The notes: generated by a model from the sequence alone, not told the origin. A stretch of 64,000 nt of DNA from the human T2T-CHM13v2.0 reference genome, Homo sapiens (GCF_009914755.1 NC_060927.1); one strand, 5' to 3'. Shown: positions 36,343-53,279, counted from the stretch's first letter. A program made the numbers and translations.

Positions 36343-38449
36343 GAGAGTTTCTTCTTTTAAAGATTAATGTAACTGATAAAATCTGTAGCAAAATTTAAGG
36401 AAAAGAAAAAACACAAAATACAATATAGTACTATTCTTCAATAAAAAGGAGCAAAATACTGATATGCTACAAATGGATAAACCTCAAAAATGCTGTGGTA
36501 AGTGAAAAAAGGCCAGATGCAAACAACTAAGTATTACATTATTCCACTTATATGAAATGTCTAGAAAAGACAAATCTATACAGAAGAAACATGAACCACA
36601 GGTCCACTTCATTCATTCATTCCCTTGCCAATATTTTTATTGAGCTAGGAATTCCAGAACATTGGCTTTCAAAAGTTTTTTAATTGATGGAAACTCTTTT
36701 GCTAGAAAAAGCACATGAAGAACCCCAATAGACAACAGAGCTTCTTTAGCTCTGTTGAAATGAAGAGAAGAGTGCCTTGCTTTTGAACTCCCCTGGGCAA
36801 TCAAGAGTTGACTATATTGAACAGAAAAGTATGGATTAAATATTTGCAAAACCTCCAAAATACAATATAATCCCAGTATTTCCTGGCAAAGTGGCAGCTT
36901 CTTTCCTATGTGTAGAGTGTTGAGGGCAGAACACCTTGGGCAAATTTTTATTGATCGGCACAAAATACGTGGTGGGCTCACAGCCTGGGTATAACCCACT
37001 GCAAAATGAAAAGGATGGGAGATTAAACCTTCACTTCTACATAAAGATTTTTTTTGTCCAATTTTGACTTTAACTGGCAAATAAATTAATGTAGTAAAAT
37101 TTGAATTAATGTATCAATTACACAAAGGCCTGCCAACTTTACGTTGAACAAAATAGAATATCCCAGGAGCAAAAAAATAACATGTGTATGGCACATTGGG
37201 GTTAAAAATGAGGTTGTCTATGGCTAGAAACTTCCTGCATTAAAGTCCTTCTTTAATATGAGAGTTTTGATTAGTGATATTTAATAGTGTCTAGGTTTGA
37301 ATGATGAATTATATTCACCTTGGTTATAAAACAATTCAGACTTTCTACTCCTTCAATAAAGTTTGGTTAAGCTATATTTTTCTGTTTATTTTTCTATGTT
37401 TTCAAATTTACTGACATAATATTTCCAGAGTATTCCTTTATTCTTTCTCCAGTCACTGCTCTAGTCGTATTATTTTCTTTTTTTCATTCTTAATACTGTT
37501 TATTTGTACCTTCTCTCATTTTTCTCTTAAGGCTTTCTTGAGTTTTTTCCATTTTATCAGTCATTTCAAAGATCTATCAGTTGGCTTTGTGGATCTTCCC
37601 AACTGTATTAATGAACTTTCTGCTTCATTAATTTCTGCTTTTTTATTATTTTCTTCCTTCTACTTCCTTCAGGGTTTTTTTTTTCTAGCTTCCTAAATTG
37701 CAAGCCTAGCTCATTAATTTTCATCTTATCTTTTTTTTTTTTTTCCTACTGAAATCATTTAAGGCACTGGTTCTCAACAGTTGAAAACCCTGATTTTTAA
37801 GAACTATCAATGTCAGGATCCCACTATACAAAAATCTTTATTTCATTGGTCTAAAGTGGGGCCAGGATAGGAGTTCTTAAGTTAGGTTTTACTTTCTGTG
37901 ATGATTAAAGGGAGGAGGGGTATTGAGGGCAAGGAGAGGCCCATCTGATTAGTGGGAGGCAACCTTTCTTCAGGAATCAGAGCAGTGGAGTGGGAGTCCT
38001 CAAATCCCTAGCAGACTTCTGGCCCAATCCCCTGGATCGAAGCCAAGTTGGAAATTCCCAGAAATGCTAGTGGCTATCCCAGAGACACAGCAACTTCATC
38101 TATACATTCACTAGATCCCACAGAGGCCAACAGATGGTACCAAGCACAGCCAGTTCTGGAATGATTTGGAGATTACAGTTGAACCCTGCAATCTCCAAAC
38201 CCTGGAACTCGGGGCCAGCAGAGAGTATAGGCTCATGCCGGTCATATTAGTTTTTACTCCTCTTACTATGTGTGATGGCAAATTTTTGTTATAAATGTAA
38301 TCTTGTGTGCCTTCTGGGTTTTCGTGGATTTTTTACATGTCTTTGTTTTTGTTTCTCCAGTAGGCCTTCATTGTTTTTGTGTTCTCCAGTAATTTGGAAG
38401 GTTTATACATTGTTTTAAGGTCTACAGTTACTAATTGGCTAATTAGCAC

Positions 38450-40385
<1,936 letters not shown>

Positions 40386-41579
40386 GGTTAAATGTACAAA
40401 TGTCCATTAATTGCTGTAAAAAAAGATGCAATATCCTTTGACACAGCAATACAACTATTGATAAATTAGCCTAAGGAAAAAAAAATGTACTTTAGATAGG
40501 CTTATCAATAGTTACAGAAATTCAAAAAGGTACTGGAATGGTAACCAATCCTCTGGTTGACAAGGAGGTCAGAGAACATATAGACCCACACGAATGTGAA
40601 AAGGAATGCTACATATCTAAAGGACTAAGTTAGAATTATGAGTAGATGTCAATTAACTTCAACTTCAGTCTTCTAGAAGAAAGTAAGGCTTTTCTCGGCA
40701 AACCAACATTTAATTTCAAAACTCTCACAAGAAACTTAGTTAGTGCACCAAAACTATCTCAGCAAGCTGGACATCACTTAAGGTCTAACTGGTGACCCCA
40801 AGGGCTGTCAGTGGAAATGTCATGGCTACAAGGAGTGCAAAGGCAAACAACAAATTCAACAGGAGACCAAGACTTAGTTGTTGACAACCTCAGGATGTGT
40901 AAAACACTTCACATATCATTTATACAAATAAGCATGACACCAACTCTTCCTTTATGCTATGGGCACACCATGACCTAAAGATGACCTAGGAAAACAGAAG
41001 AAGACATAGATTTCCATCTGCAGATGCCAGCTGTCGGCTCTAGCTCTGCATGGTACCCAACCTTCTTCCAGAACTCTGAAAAACTAAATAATGATGTCTT
41101 TTTATATCTTTTCAGATTATATTTAATTTAAAAGTAGAACACGTATGTAATTAGCATTTAGTATGTTTTTGTCTTTTAAAAAAACAAGAAATCTGATGAT
41201 TAACACCTGAAATTTCAATGTCCTAAAATGATATAAAACAATACTCTCTCCTTCTGAAAAAATCTGGATCTTACTCATATATGTAAATATATTTTAACAG
41301 TAAGCAGTTACCTTGAAAAGAGCTAGAACTAGAAATGTTTACCTCTAGAACTTCAACATTTGGAACTAGTCATTTCAATCAATGCTTTGATTTTAGAAAT
41401 AGAAAAGGCCATCTTGGTTGAATCAAAATATACAAAAACAAAGCAAACAAAACAAAAACAACAAAATCTCCCCATAGAAAGAGAGAAATATTAGAAATTT
41501 TTCTTTTGGGTCATTTGATTCGAATTAAGACTGGAGTATTTAGTTGGTCAGGTAGAGAATGCTTGTCCCTACACATTGG

Positions 41580-41870
41580 CATGACTCTCCCTTCCTTCCT
41601 TCACTTCTCTGCTCAAATATCAACATAAAAAGAGAGGACTTCCCCAATCACCTTGCTTACAACAACCCTCATCTCACATGTCCTATCTGCTAACTGTTTG
41701 TGTCAACATCTGACATACTTTTACCACACAGGTTATTTACTGTCTCCCTCACCTAAAACATAAGATAGGGGCCTTTGTTTGTTTTATACATTGTTGTGAC
41801 CAGACCCTAGAATAGCAGCTGAAATTAGTTCTCAAAAAATATTTAAATAAATGAATATGTGAATGACTAA
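41580..41870 (+). mobile_element. L2 3' end
   Basis: CTCAAAAAATATTTAAATAAATGAAT terminus with upstream L2 motifs. Confidence 0.65.
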
Positions 41871-42584
41871 GCAAATGGAAATAAAAGCCATTTCTGTTAT
41901 GACTCAGGCTTGCAGATTGACATATGCAAATATGGAAGTGTAGAGCATAATTTTGAATTTCATTTTCCATCAATGTCTGATTACCTACTGATTAAATGTG
42001 ACAAGCTACAAAGGGAGAAAAATCATTATTAAATTCCAATCTATCATCTATAACCTAAATGCAACTAATCATATGTTTAATTTTATATAATAGCTTTCAG
42101 ACAGAAAAAAATCTACAGGCACAATGTCGTAAAAAATCTCCAGTGAATTTTGTACTATATCTGAACATATCCACATCAATATATAGTTACACTTAGGTCT
42201 ATATATATAAACTGTAAACATATATTTAGAAATAACATTTCATTTGCAGATAGATCATTTTCAATCTAATCAAGAGTCATAATTTAAAATTCACTAGAGT
42301 TGTTGCTTTTTATGCATAAACACACACATTGTCCCCTAAAGGGAGAGAAACAAGCATATTCTCAATGACATCTATATACCAATATTAACTCTCAGTGTAG
42401 CTAAACAAGCATAATATTATCCCCATCTTACAGATGAGGAAGAAGTTCAGACATGTGCCTGGGCTAGGTGTGCACGGTCACACTGCTATTATGCAGTGGT
42501 GTCAAATAATCCAAACTGACTGAATCTAAGGTACACATATACCAGTAAGCTACTATCTGCATATATAAACAGACATTTTCAGAG

Positions 42585-43490
42585 AACTTGTTATTGATGT
42601 ATAGTAGATACAGAAAAAGCGTACATAAGTGTGCAGCTAGATGTATTTTCACAAACTGGACAGGCCCACATAAATACCCTGTAGCTCAAAAGCAAGAACA
42701 TTGCGAACACCCAGAATCCTCATGCTCCTTCCAGACCCTCCCTGAAAATCATTACTGCCCTAACTACTAACATCAAAGATTAATTTGCTGCCTGGTTTTG
42801 TACTATATATAACCAGAATCATATATGAGATCCATCCATACTGTATTAACAGTGGTCGCAATTCATTCATTCTATTATAAATACTGTCCTATGAACATCC
42901 TAATGTTCAATATGTTTTGAACATTATAAACATCATGTCCTATGAATATCCTAATGTTCAGTATGTTTTGTTCATTAGATTTATTCCTAAGTATTTTTAT
43001 GAATGCTACTATAAATTAAATCATCTTTAAATTTTTTACTGATTTATAATTGGCAGAAACCAGGTCAATTTTTTTATATCAATCTTATAGCAATTGATTT
43101 TTTTATATTGACCTTGTGCTTAGGGACCTAGCTAAACTGCTTATTAATTTTAATAGTTCATTGATTCTTTTTAATTTTCTAGGTTCACAATCATGTCATC
43201 TGAAAATAAGGGTAGTTTTATTTCTTCCTTTCTACTTTTAATGCATCTATTTCTTTTTCTTAACTTATTGTCCTGGCTAGGACCTCCAATACAACATTTA
43301 ATAAAAGTGGTCATGGTGGACATCTTTGTCTTGCTCCCAATTTCAGGGTGAAATTTTCAATCTTCTATTAAATATGATATTTGCTTTAGTTTTTTGGTAA
43401 TCTTATTTATCAAACTAAGGTAATTCCCTTTTAATCTTAGTAAACCAAAAGTTTTAAATTATAAATATATGTTTGTCAAATGCATTTACT
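42585..43490 (-). mobile_element. Old L1M fragments (3'UTR piece joined to an ORF2 piece)
   Basis: TTGTCCTGGCTAGGACCTCCAATACAAC and GGACATCTTTGTCTTGCTCC. Confidence 0.75.
42874..42973. repeat. Two-copy tandem duplication of about 50 bp
   Basis: ATTATAAA...TGTCCTATGAA(C/T)ATCCTAATGTTCA(A/G)TATGTTTTG occurs twice. Confidence 0.9.
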
Positions 43491-44206
43491 GTAGTGTTCT
43501 TTTAATTGTGTATATAGCAAAAAAAACGAAACTAGAAATGTCTTTCACATAAACAGTGCTTATATTAATGTAATCATCTTAAATAGATCACAAGGTACAT
43601 TAACACTTTTTATTAATCTACATTACAGCTTCTTTATTCTGCTCTGCTAGCACTCACATAAATTAGTATGGATGGATAAAGCCAGATGAGAAAACCCCAA
43701 GGCCCCAGTACACACAGGCATAAACCAAAGAGAAGGTGCACCAGGCTGCTGTATCTATCTTTCAATCCATCTTTTGGTCCTGGAGACAGTTATTCAAGTG
43801 GTCTAACCTAGCTGAAAAGATGGTTAGGCAGATTTCCTAAGTGTGGAAATATAGGAATCTACACTGGAGGAAGAATAGCAGAAGTTGACAATAATTCATC
43901 TAACATTCTTTTCCAGGTTTTGAGCCACACAGTAGAAGCTGTGTAGAAATCCTGGATTGTAGTCATTTTCTTTCTTGCCGTTACTGCTGCTGCTGCTGCT
44001 TCACTTCCTTTTTGGAATCTTCTAAGATTTTTCCTTACTTTTCTACAAATTTAACATCAACTTCTCTGTTTATTTTCCTTCTCTGCTCTCTATTCCTGAC
44101 TTTCGACCATCAGTCCTTCACTAATGAATCACTTTCTTGTCCTCTATTTCTTAAGCAAGTGTTTTGTTATTTTAGACCACAGTTCTCCAAAGCAATACAC
44201 TGGAGT

Positions 44207-44213
<7 letters not shown>

Positions 44214-44270
<57 letters not shown>
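44214..44270. repeat. Compound microsatellite, A24 followed by (TA)~16
   Basis: Read directly from the sequence. Confidence 0.97.
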
Positions 44271-44273
<3 letters not shown>

Positions 44274-47200
44274 CATGTTTTACAATTATTTTTACCAAAA
44301 AGATAATAACTGAAACTGGTCTTTTCACTGGACACATGCACCCTCCTGCCTAGCAGAATGCGCATTGGCGGGTATCCTGGAGAAAGAGTAGGGGCAGCAT
44401 GACTCAAGACAGCCAGAGTGAACATCCCATGAGTTTCTGTAAAATTTCAGTATATTGCACATATATACACATACATATGTACATATTTGCTATAAAGCAG
44501 TTCATGTACACCCGGTTAAATGGATGTGCCAATTATATTATTCAGTTTTAACTAAATTAACAATAAAAAGGTAGACAAGTACCTTATAGATTCCGGCCAA
44601 AAAAAAAAAATAGAATTATACATAATACTAATAACCAGGAGCAAAAAAAAAAAAAAAAAAGTCAGTGTGATTCTGCTCCCCAGCTTCCTCAGTCACATTA
44701 TAATGTTAAAAACAATGCCAAGTTAAATACATTTGAAAACCAGCTAAAAATAGTGAAATTGTGAAAACTACTACTGTTAAATGAATCTTACTATGTATTT
44801 TGCTTGATATTTTAGCAAGAAATACTAGGAAGCCATCACAATTAGCATGAAAATTTAAAACTAAGTACCCACAAGAGAAAATTAAAATTCTTTATTTCAT
44901 GTGACTCTCAGTCCAGTACTTCTCAACATTTAAGAAACTAAATGACAAATATTCAGAAGCCCCTGTGAGATTTCATATTTTACAGTAAAAGTCAGAAAAC
45001 CACAAACCATTGGGGAAAACACTTTTCTTCCCACGGTAAAAACAGCTGAAATAATATATTAAAACCACCACCAAAAAAAAAAAAAAAAAAAAAACTGAAA
45101 TTTTATTTTTATCAACAAAAGTTACACTGTCAATTTTAGAAATATTGCAGAAAAGTTGAAGCAGTAAATATTAAAACAAATACATTGTGGAGGTTGAATC
45201 CCAGTATAGTTATTTCAAAACGGACTCCACTCATGATCCAGATTCTGTTCCTATGAAGAAATATTCAAATAAGGTGGCAGGACCAGCTTGCAGCTCCCGC
45301 TAGAACAGACAGAAGAGTGTGTGGAGATACATTGTGAACATTTGCTCCAAGAACTACCACAGCAACATACCAGGAAGGCTGAGAGCATCCATAGACCCTT
45401 TGAAGGAACTGAATTGCCACTGCAAGCTCCCTGAGATGCCAAAAAACTGTGAGTTGGCTTGCTTTCTCAGCAGGGAGGCTGGTGGTCCAGGGCAAGTTCT
45501 CAGCACTGGTCACTGGCTCCTCTACTAGAGTCGGTGCCGCTGGGGAGCACAGTGGGAGTGAGACTGGCCTTTAGGACTGCAGGCTGCATGAGAGTAGGGT
45601 GAGGCCTATGACTGCCAGCTTTCTCCCACTTCCCTGGTGACCTGCGTGACTCAGCAGATGCAGCCGTAATCCTCTGGGAACATAACTCCACTGGACTGGG
45701 AACCACACCCCCATCCCTCACAGCAGCCACAGCAAGCCCTGCCCAAGGAGAGTCTGAGCTCAGACATGCCTATACCTGCCTCCACCTGGTAGTCTTTCTC
45801 TGCCCACCCTGGTTGCTGAAAACAAAGGATATAATCTCTTGGGCGCTCTATGGCCCTGCCCACCACCTGAGAAACCTGAATACTTAACCTGGCAACGCTA
45901 AGGCAAATTTGCATCCTCCCTATAGTATCACAGGCAATGCACTTTTGAAAGCGCCACCTCCTGGCTGGAGGTCAACCAACACAAAACAAAAATATAACCA
46001 AGGACCCAAGGACCAAGGCCCACTTCACTCCCCTGCTACCTCCACCAGAGGAGGTGCTGGTATTCACAGCCGAAAGACATAAAGATGGATCACATCACAG
46101 GACTCTTTGCAGAGATTCCTCAGTAGCAGCCCTGAGCCCAGTAGCTCTGCTGGGTGGCTAGACCCAGAATAGCAAAAACAATCACCGCAGGTTGGCTCTC
46201 AGGAGGCCCCATCCCTAGGGGAAGGGTGAGAACAGCACATCAAGAGAGCACCCTGTGGGACAAAAGAATCTGAACAGCAGCCCTTGAGTCCCACATCTTG
46301 CCTCTGACATAGTCTACCCGAATGAGAAGGAACCAGAAAAACAATTCTGGTAATATGACAAAACAAGGTAGATTAACACCCCCAAAAGATCACCAGCTCA
46401 CCAGCAATGGATCCAAACCAAGATGAAATCTCTGAATTGCCAGAAAAAGAACTCAGAAGGTTAATTATTGAGCTAATCAAGGAGGCATCAGAGAAAGGTG
46501 AACTCCAAATTAAAGAAATCAAAAACATGATACAGGATATGAAAGGAGAAATCTTCAATGACATAGATAGCATAAATAAAAAACAATCGCAACTTCTGGA
46601 AATGAAGAACACACTTAGAGAAATGCAAAATGCACTGGAAAGTCTCAGCAATAGAATCAAACAAGCAGAAGAAAGAATTTTAGAGCTCGAAAACAAGGCT
46701 TTCAAATTAATCCAATGCATCAAAGAAAAGAAGAAAGAATTTTTAAAAAATGAACAAAGCCTCCAAGAAGTTTGGGACTATGTTAAGCATCTAAACCTAA
46801 GAATAATTGGTGTTCCTGAGGAAGAAGAGACATGTAAAAGTTTGGAAAACACATTTAAGAGAATAGTCAAGGAAAATTTCCCCAGCCTTGCTAGAGATCT
46901 AGACATCCAAATATAAGAAGCTCAAAGAACAACTGGGAAACTCATCACAGGAAGATCATCACCTTGGCACACAGTCTTCAGGTTATCTAAAGTCAGGACA
47001 AAGAAAAGGATCTTTAGAGCTGTGAGGTAAAAGCATCAGGTAACCCATGAAAGAAAAACTATTACAGTAACAACAGATTTATCAGTAGAAACTCTACAAG
47101 CCAGACAGGATTGGTGTCCTATTTTTAGCCTCCTTTAACAAAATAATTTTCAGCCAAGAATTTTGTATCTGGCGAAACTAAGCTTCATAAATGAAGGAAA

Positions 47201-48334
47201 GACACAGTCTTTTCCAGACAAACAAATTCTGAGAAAACTCGGCACTACCAAGCCGGCATTATGAGAACTGCTAAAAAGAGCTCTAAATCAAAACAAATCC
47301 TTGAAATACACCAAAATAGAACCTTTTTAATGCATAAATTTCACAGGATCTATATAACAATAATACAATGAAAAAAGAAACAAGGCATTCAGGCAACAAA
47401 TAGCAAGATGAATAGAATAGTACCTTCACATCTCAATACTAACGTTGAATGTGAAATGGCCTAAAGGCACCACTTAAAAGACAAAGAATGGCAGAATGAA
47501 TAAAAATTCACCAAACAAATTTCTGCTGTCTTCAGGAGAGTCACCTAACACATAAGAACTCACATAAACTTAAGATAAATAAGTAGAAAAAGATATTCCA
47601 TGCACATGGACACCAAAAGTGAACAGGAATAGCTATTCTTATATCAGACAAAACAAACATTAAAGCAAGAGAAGTTTAAAAAGACAAAGAAGGACATTAC
47701 ATAATGATAAGAGGACTAGTACAACAGGAAAATATCACAATCCTAAATATGTATGCACCTAATACTGAAACTCCCAAATTTATAAAACAATTACTGCTAG
47801 TCCTAAGAAATAAGACAGATGTCAACACAATAATAGTGGGGGATTTTAATACTCCACTAACAGCACTAGACAGGTCATCAAGACAGAAAGTCAACAAAGA
47901 AACAATGGACTTAAACTATACCCTAGAAAAAATGTATGTACAAGACATTTACAGAACATTCTACCCAACTACTATAGAATATACATTCTATTCATCAGTA
48001 CATGGAACATTCTCCAAGATGGGCCATATGATAAAGCACAAAATAAGTCTCAGTAAATTTTAAAAAATCGAAATTATATCTAGCACTCTCTCAGAACACA
48101 GTGGAATAAAATTGGAAATCAACACCAAAAGGAACCCTCAAAACCATGCAAATACATGGTTATTAAATAATCTGCTCCTGAATGATCATTGGGCTAACAA
48201 TGAAATCAAGATGGAAATTTAAAAATTCTTTGAACTGAATAATAGTGACACAAGCTATCAAAACCTTTGGGATACAGCAAAAGTGGTGCTAAGAGGAAAG
48301 TTCATAGCATTAAATGCCTACATCAAAAAGTCTG

Positions 48335-48884
<550 letters not shown>

Positions 48885-50802
48885 CTATTAGAAATGAAAT
48901 GGGATATATTACTACTGATACCACAGAAACACAAAAGATTATTCAAGGCTACTATGAGCACCTTTTGGCACATAAACTAGAAAACCTAGAGGAGATGGAT
49001 AAATTCCTGGAAATATAAAACCCTCCTACATTAAACCAGTAAGATATAGAAACTCTGAACAGAGAAAAGCAAACAGTGAGATTGAAATGGTAATTTAAAA
49101 ATTGCCAACAACAAAAAAAAGTCCAGTACCAGACAGATTCACAACTGAATTATATCAGACATTCAGAGAAGAACTGGTACCAACCCTAGTGACACTATTC
49201 CATAGAATAAAGAGGAAATCTCCCCTAAATCATTCTATAAAGCCAGTATCACCCTAATACCAAAACTAGGAAAGGACATAACAAAAAAAGAAAACTACAC
49301 ACCAATATCCCTGATGAACACAGATAAAAAAATCCTCAACAAAATAACCAATCCAACAGTGTATCAAAAAGATAATCCACCACGATCAAGTGGGTTTCAT
49401 ACCAGGGACACAGGGATGGTTTAACATACATGAGTCAATAAATGGGATACACCACATAAACAGAATTAAAAAGAAAAATCAGACTATCATCTCAATAGAT
49501 GCAGAAAAAGCATATGACAAAATCCAGCACACTTCATGATTAAAACCCTCAGCAAAACTGGCATAGAAGGGACATACCTTAAGGCAATAAAAAGTCATCT
49601 ATGAAAAACCCACAGCCAACATTATACTGAACAGGGAAAAGTTGAAAGCATTCCCCCTGAGAACTGGAACAAGACAAGGATCCCCACTTTCATCACTTCT
49701 ATTCAACATAGTAGAAGTTCTAGCCAGAGCAATCAGACAAGAGAAAGAAATAAAGGACATCCACATTGGCAAAGATAAAGTCAAACTGTCGCTGTTTGCT
49801 GATGATATGATCATATACCTACCACAAAGACTCATCTAAAATGCTCCTAGAACTGGTAAATGAATTCAGCAAAGTTGCAGGATATAAAATTAATGTACAC
49901 TACTCAGTAATTCTGCTATATACCTACAGCAACCAAGCTGAGAATCAAATCAAGAACTCAACCCTTTTTACAATAGCTGTAAAAATTAAATAAAACACTT
50001 CAGAATATACCTAACCAAGGAGGTGAAAGACCTCTACAAGGAAAACTACAAAACACTGCTGAAAGAAATAATAGACAACACAAACAAATGTAAACATATC
50101 CCATGCTCATGAATGGGTAGAGTCAATATTGAGAAAATGACCATACTGCCAAAAGCAATCTATAAATTCAATGTAATTCCTCATCGAAATACCACAATCA
50201 CTCTTCACAGAACTAGAAAAAAACACTCCTAAAATTCATATGGAACCAAAAAAAGAACTGCATAGCCAAAGCAAGACTAAGCAAAAAGAACAAATCTGGA
50301 GGTATCATATTACCCAACTTCAAACTATACTATAAGGTAATAGTCACCAAAACAGCATGGTACTAGTATAAAAATAGGCACATAGACCAATAAAATATAA
50401 TAGAGAACCCAGAAATAAAGCCAAATACTTACTGTTAGTAACTTACTAATCAGCTGATTTTGGACAGGGCAAACAAAAAAACAGAAAGTGGGGAGAGGAC
50501 ACCCTATTCAACAAATGGTGCTGGGATCACTGGCAAGCCCCATGTAGAAGAATGGAAGTGAAATCTCATCTCTCACCTTATATAAAAATGAACTGAAGAT
50601 GGATCAAAGACTTAAATCTAAGACCTGAAACCATAAAGATTCTAGAAGATAACACCAGAAAAAACCCTTCTAGACACTGGCTTAGGCAAAGACTTCATAA
50701 CCAACAACCCAAAAGCAAATGCAACAAAAAACAAAGATAAACAGGTGGGACTTAATTCAACTAAAAAGCTTCTGCACAGCAATAGAAATAATCAGCAGAG
50801 TT

Positions 50803-51154
<352 letters not shown>

Positions 51155-51952
51155 TCAGGAATAGAAAATCAAACATTGTATGTTCTCACTCATAATTGAG
51201 AGCTAAGCTCTGAGGATGCAAAGGCATAAAAATGATACAATGGACTTTGGAGACTCGGGAGAACAGGTGGGACGGAGCTGAGGGATAAGACTACACACCG
51301 GGTACAGTGCACACTGCTTGGGTGATGGATGCATCATAATCTCAAAAATCACCACTAAAGAACGTATTCATGTTACCAAGCACCACGTGTTCCCTAAAAA
51401 TCTATTGAAATAAAATTTAAAAAAATAAATACTAAGATAAAAAAGAATGCCCTTTTCATAAAACTGGGTTCCAACTGTTTGCTTCAAGAAGTGAAAATTT
51501 TTCTTGCATTTTAACTGTGAATTTATCCTGAACTAGATACCTAATAAAATTATTTTTAATGGATTGTTTAAAAAAATTGAAAAGGAAACCATTTTGGAGG
51601 AAGAGGTAGATTTTGCTTGAAACAGGCAACCTACCAATTTTAAATGATCAAGAACCACACAGAGAACTGAGCCCAGTTAAAGAGTTAATAAAATAAACAG
51701 CCTTTTTGGGGGGACAACTTAAAGATTTTAACATAAAAAGTAATAATCTTACTTTTACATAAAATGCAGAGACAGATTTTCTTTTTACAGGACCAGGTCA
51801 AACAAAAGACCTGGAGGGGGTCGTGCGAAGCAAAGGAATAGGGTCATGTTTGATCCAAATGACTTCAGGCCCAGCAAAGGACTCAGTTCTGATGAGACCA
51901 CAGCAATCTTCTGGGTGAATTCCAAGCCACTTCATTAACAAATCAAAGCTCC

Positions 51953-52365
51953 ACAACAGCAAAGATATGAAATCGACCTGGGTGTCCATTAGTGAATAAA
52001 TGGATAAAGAAAATGTGGCATATAAATATAACGAAATAATAGCCATAAAAACAATGAAATCATGTCTTTTGCAGCAACATGAATGAAAGTGGAGGCCATT
52101 ATCCTGAGTGAAACAAGCCAGGCACAGAAAGACAAACATTGCATGTTCTTATTCATAAGTGGGAGCCAGAAAATGTGTTCATGTGGACGTAGAGTGGGAT
52201 GAGAGATAATGGAGACTCAGAAGGGTGAGGGGTGGGAGGAAGGATGAGAAACTGGTTAACGGGTGCAATGTATGTTATTCTGTTGATGGATAACTTAAAA
52301 GCCCTTACTTGACCACTATACAATCTATGCATGTTTACCCCCAAAATTTGTACAAATAAGAAAAA
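51953..52365 (+). mobile_element. L1PB4-like 3' end fragment
   Basis: AAAAGCCCTTACTTGACCACTATACAATCTATGCATG...TGTACAAATAAGAAAAAAA. Confidence 0.8.
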
Positions 52366-52419
52366 AAGAAATATTCAAATAATTACCTTTTCTATGAGTC
52401 ACTAAAGAACAGATATGCT

Positions 52420-52718
52420 GGCTGTGCATGGTGGCTCACGCTTGTAATTGCAGCATGTTGGGAGGCTGGGGCGGGTAGATCACTTGAGGTCAGGAGTTTT
52501 TGTCACCAGCCTGGCCAGCCTGATGAAACCCTGTCCCTACTAAAAATACAAAAATTAGCTGTGTGTGATGGTACACCCTTGTAATCCCACCTACTTAGGA
52601 GGCTAAGGCAGAAGAATGGCTTGAACTCGGGAGGTGGAGGTTGCAGTGAGCTGAGATCACACCACTGCACTCCAGTCTGGGCGACAGAGTGAGACTCCAT
52701 CTCAAAAAAAAAGAAGAA
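52420..52718 (+). mobile_element. AluS (Sx/Sz-like)
   Basis: Dimer with TSD AAAGAA(C/A)AGATATGCT. Confidence 0.95.
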
Positions 52719-52903
52719 AAAGAAAAGATATGCTGAAGAAATAAACTGATATAAACAGATATAGATAGATATGCTAAAGAGACAAACTGTCATATATTCA
52801 TATAATAGAATACTATATAGTAATTAAAAAAAAACACTGATAAAAACAACAATGTGGATGACACAGAAAATGCACTGTGAAAACAGCCAGACATATAAGT
52901 AGA

Positions 52904-53279
52904 GGTATTAGCCTGTTCTCATGCTGCTATAAAAAATTGCCCAAGACTGGGTAATTTATAAAGGAAAGAGGTTTAACTGACACAGTTCTGCATGTGAGTC
53001 ATGGCTGGGGAGGCCTCAAAAAACTTCCAATCATGACAGAATGGGAAACAAACACGTCCTTCTTCACATGGTGGCAGGAGAGAGACGGAGTGCCAGTAGG
53101 GGAAACGCCAGATGCTTATAAAACTATCAGATCTCATGAGACGCACTCATTATGAGGAGAACAGAAGGAGGGAAAGTGCCCCCATGATCCAGTTACTTCC
53201 ACCTAGTCCCACCCTTGATATGTGGGGATTATTACACTTCAAGGTGAGATTTGGGTGAAGACAGAGCCGAATCATATCA
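52904..53279 (-). mobile_element. THE1D-like solo LTR inside an old L1ME 3'UTR
   Basis: GTATTAGCCTGTTCTCATGCTGCT...ATCATATCA; 5-bp TSD GTAGA. Confidence 0.92.

Noticed and set aside
43640-44240. Processed pseudogene suggested by unique DNA followed by A24
   Set aside because: No recognisable coding similarity, TSD or upstream AATAAA; the A tract belongs to a microsatellite.
46407-46916. 169-aa coiled-coil ORF
   Set aside because: L1PB1 ORF1 remnant with a premature stop, not a host gene.
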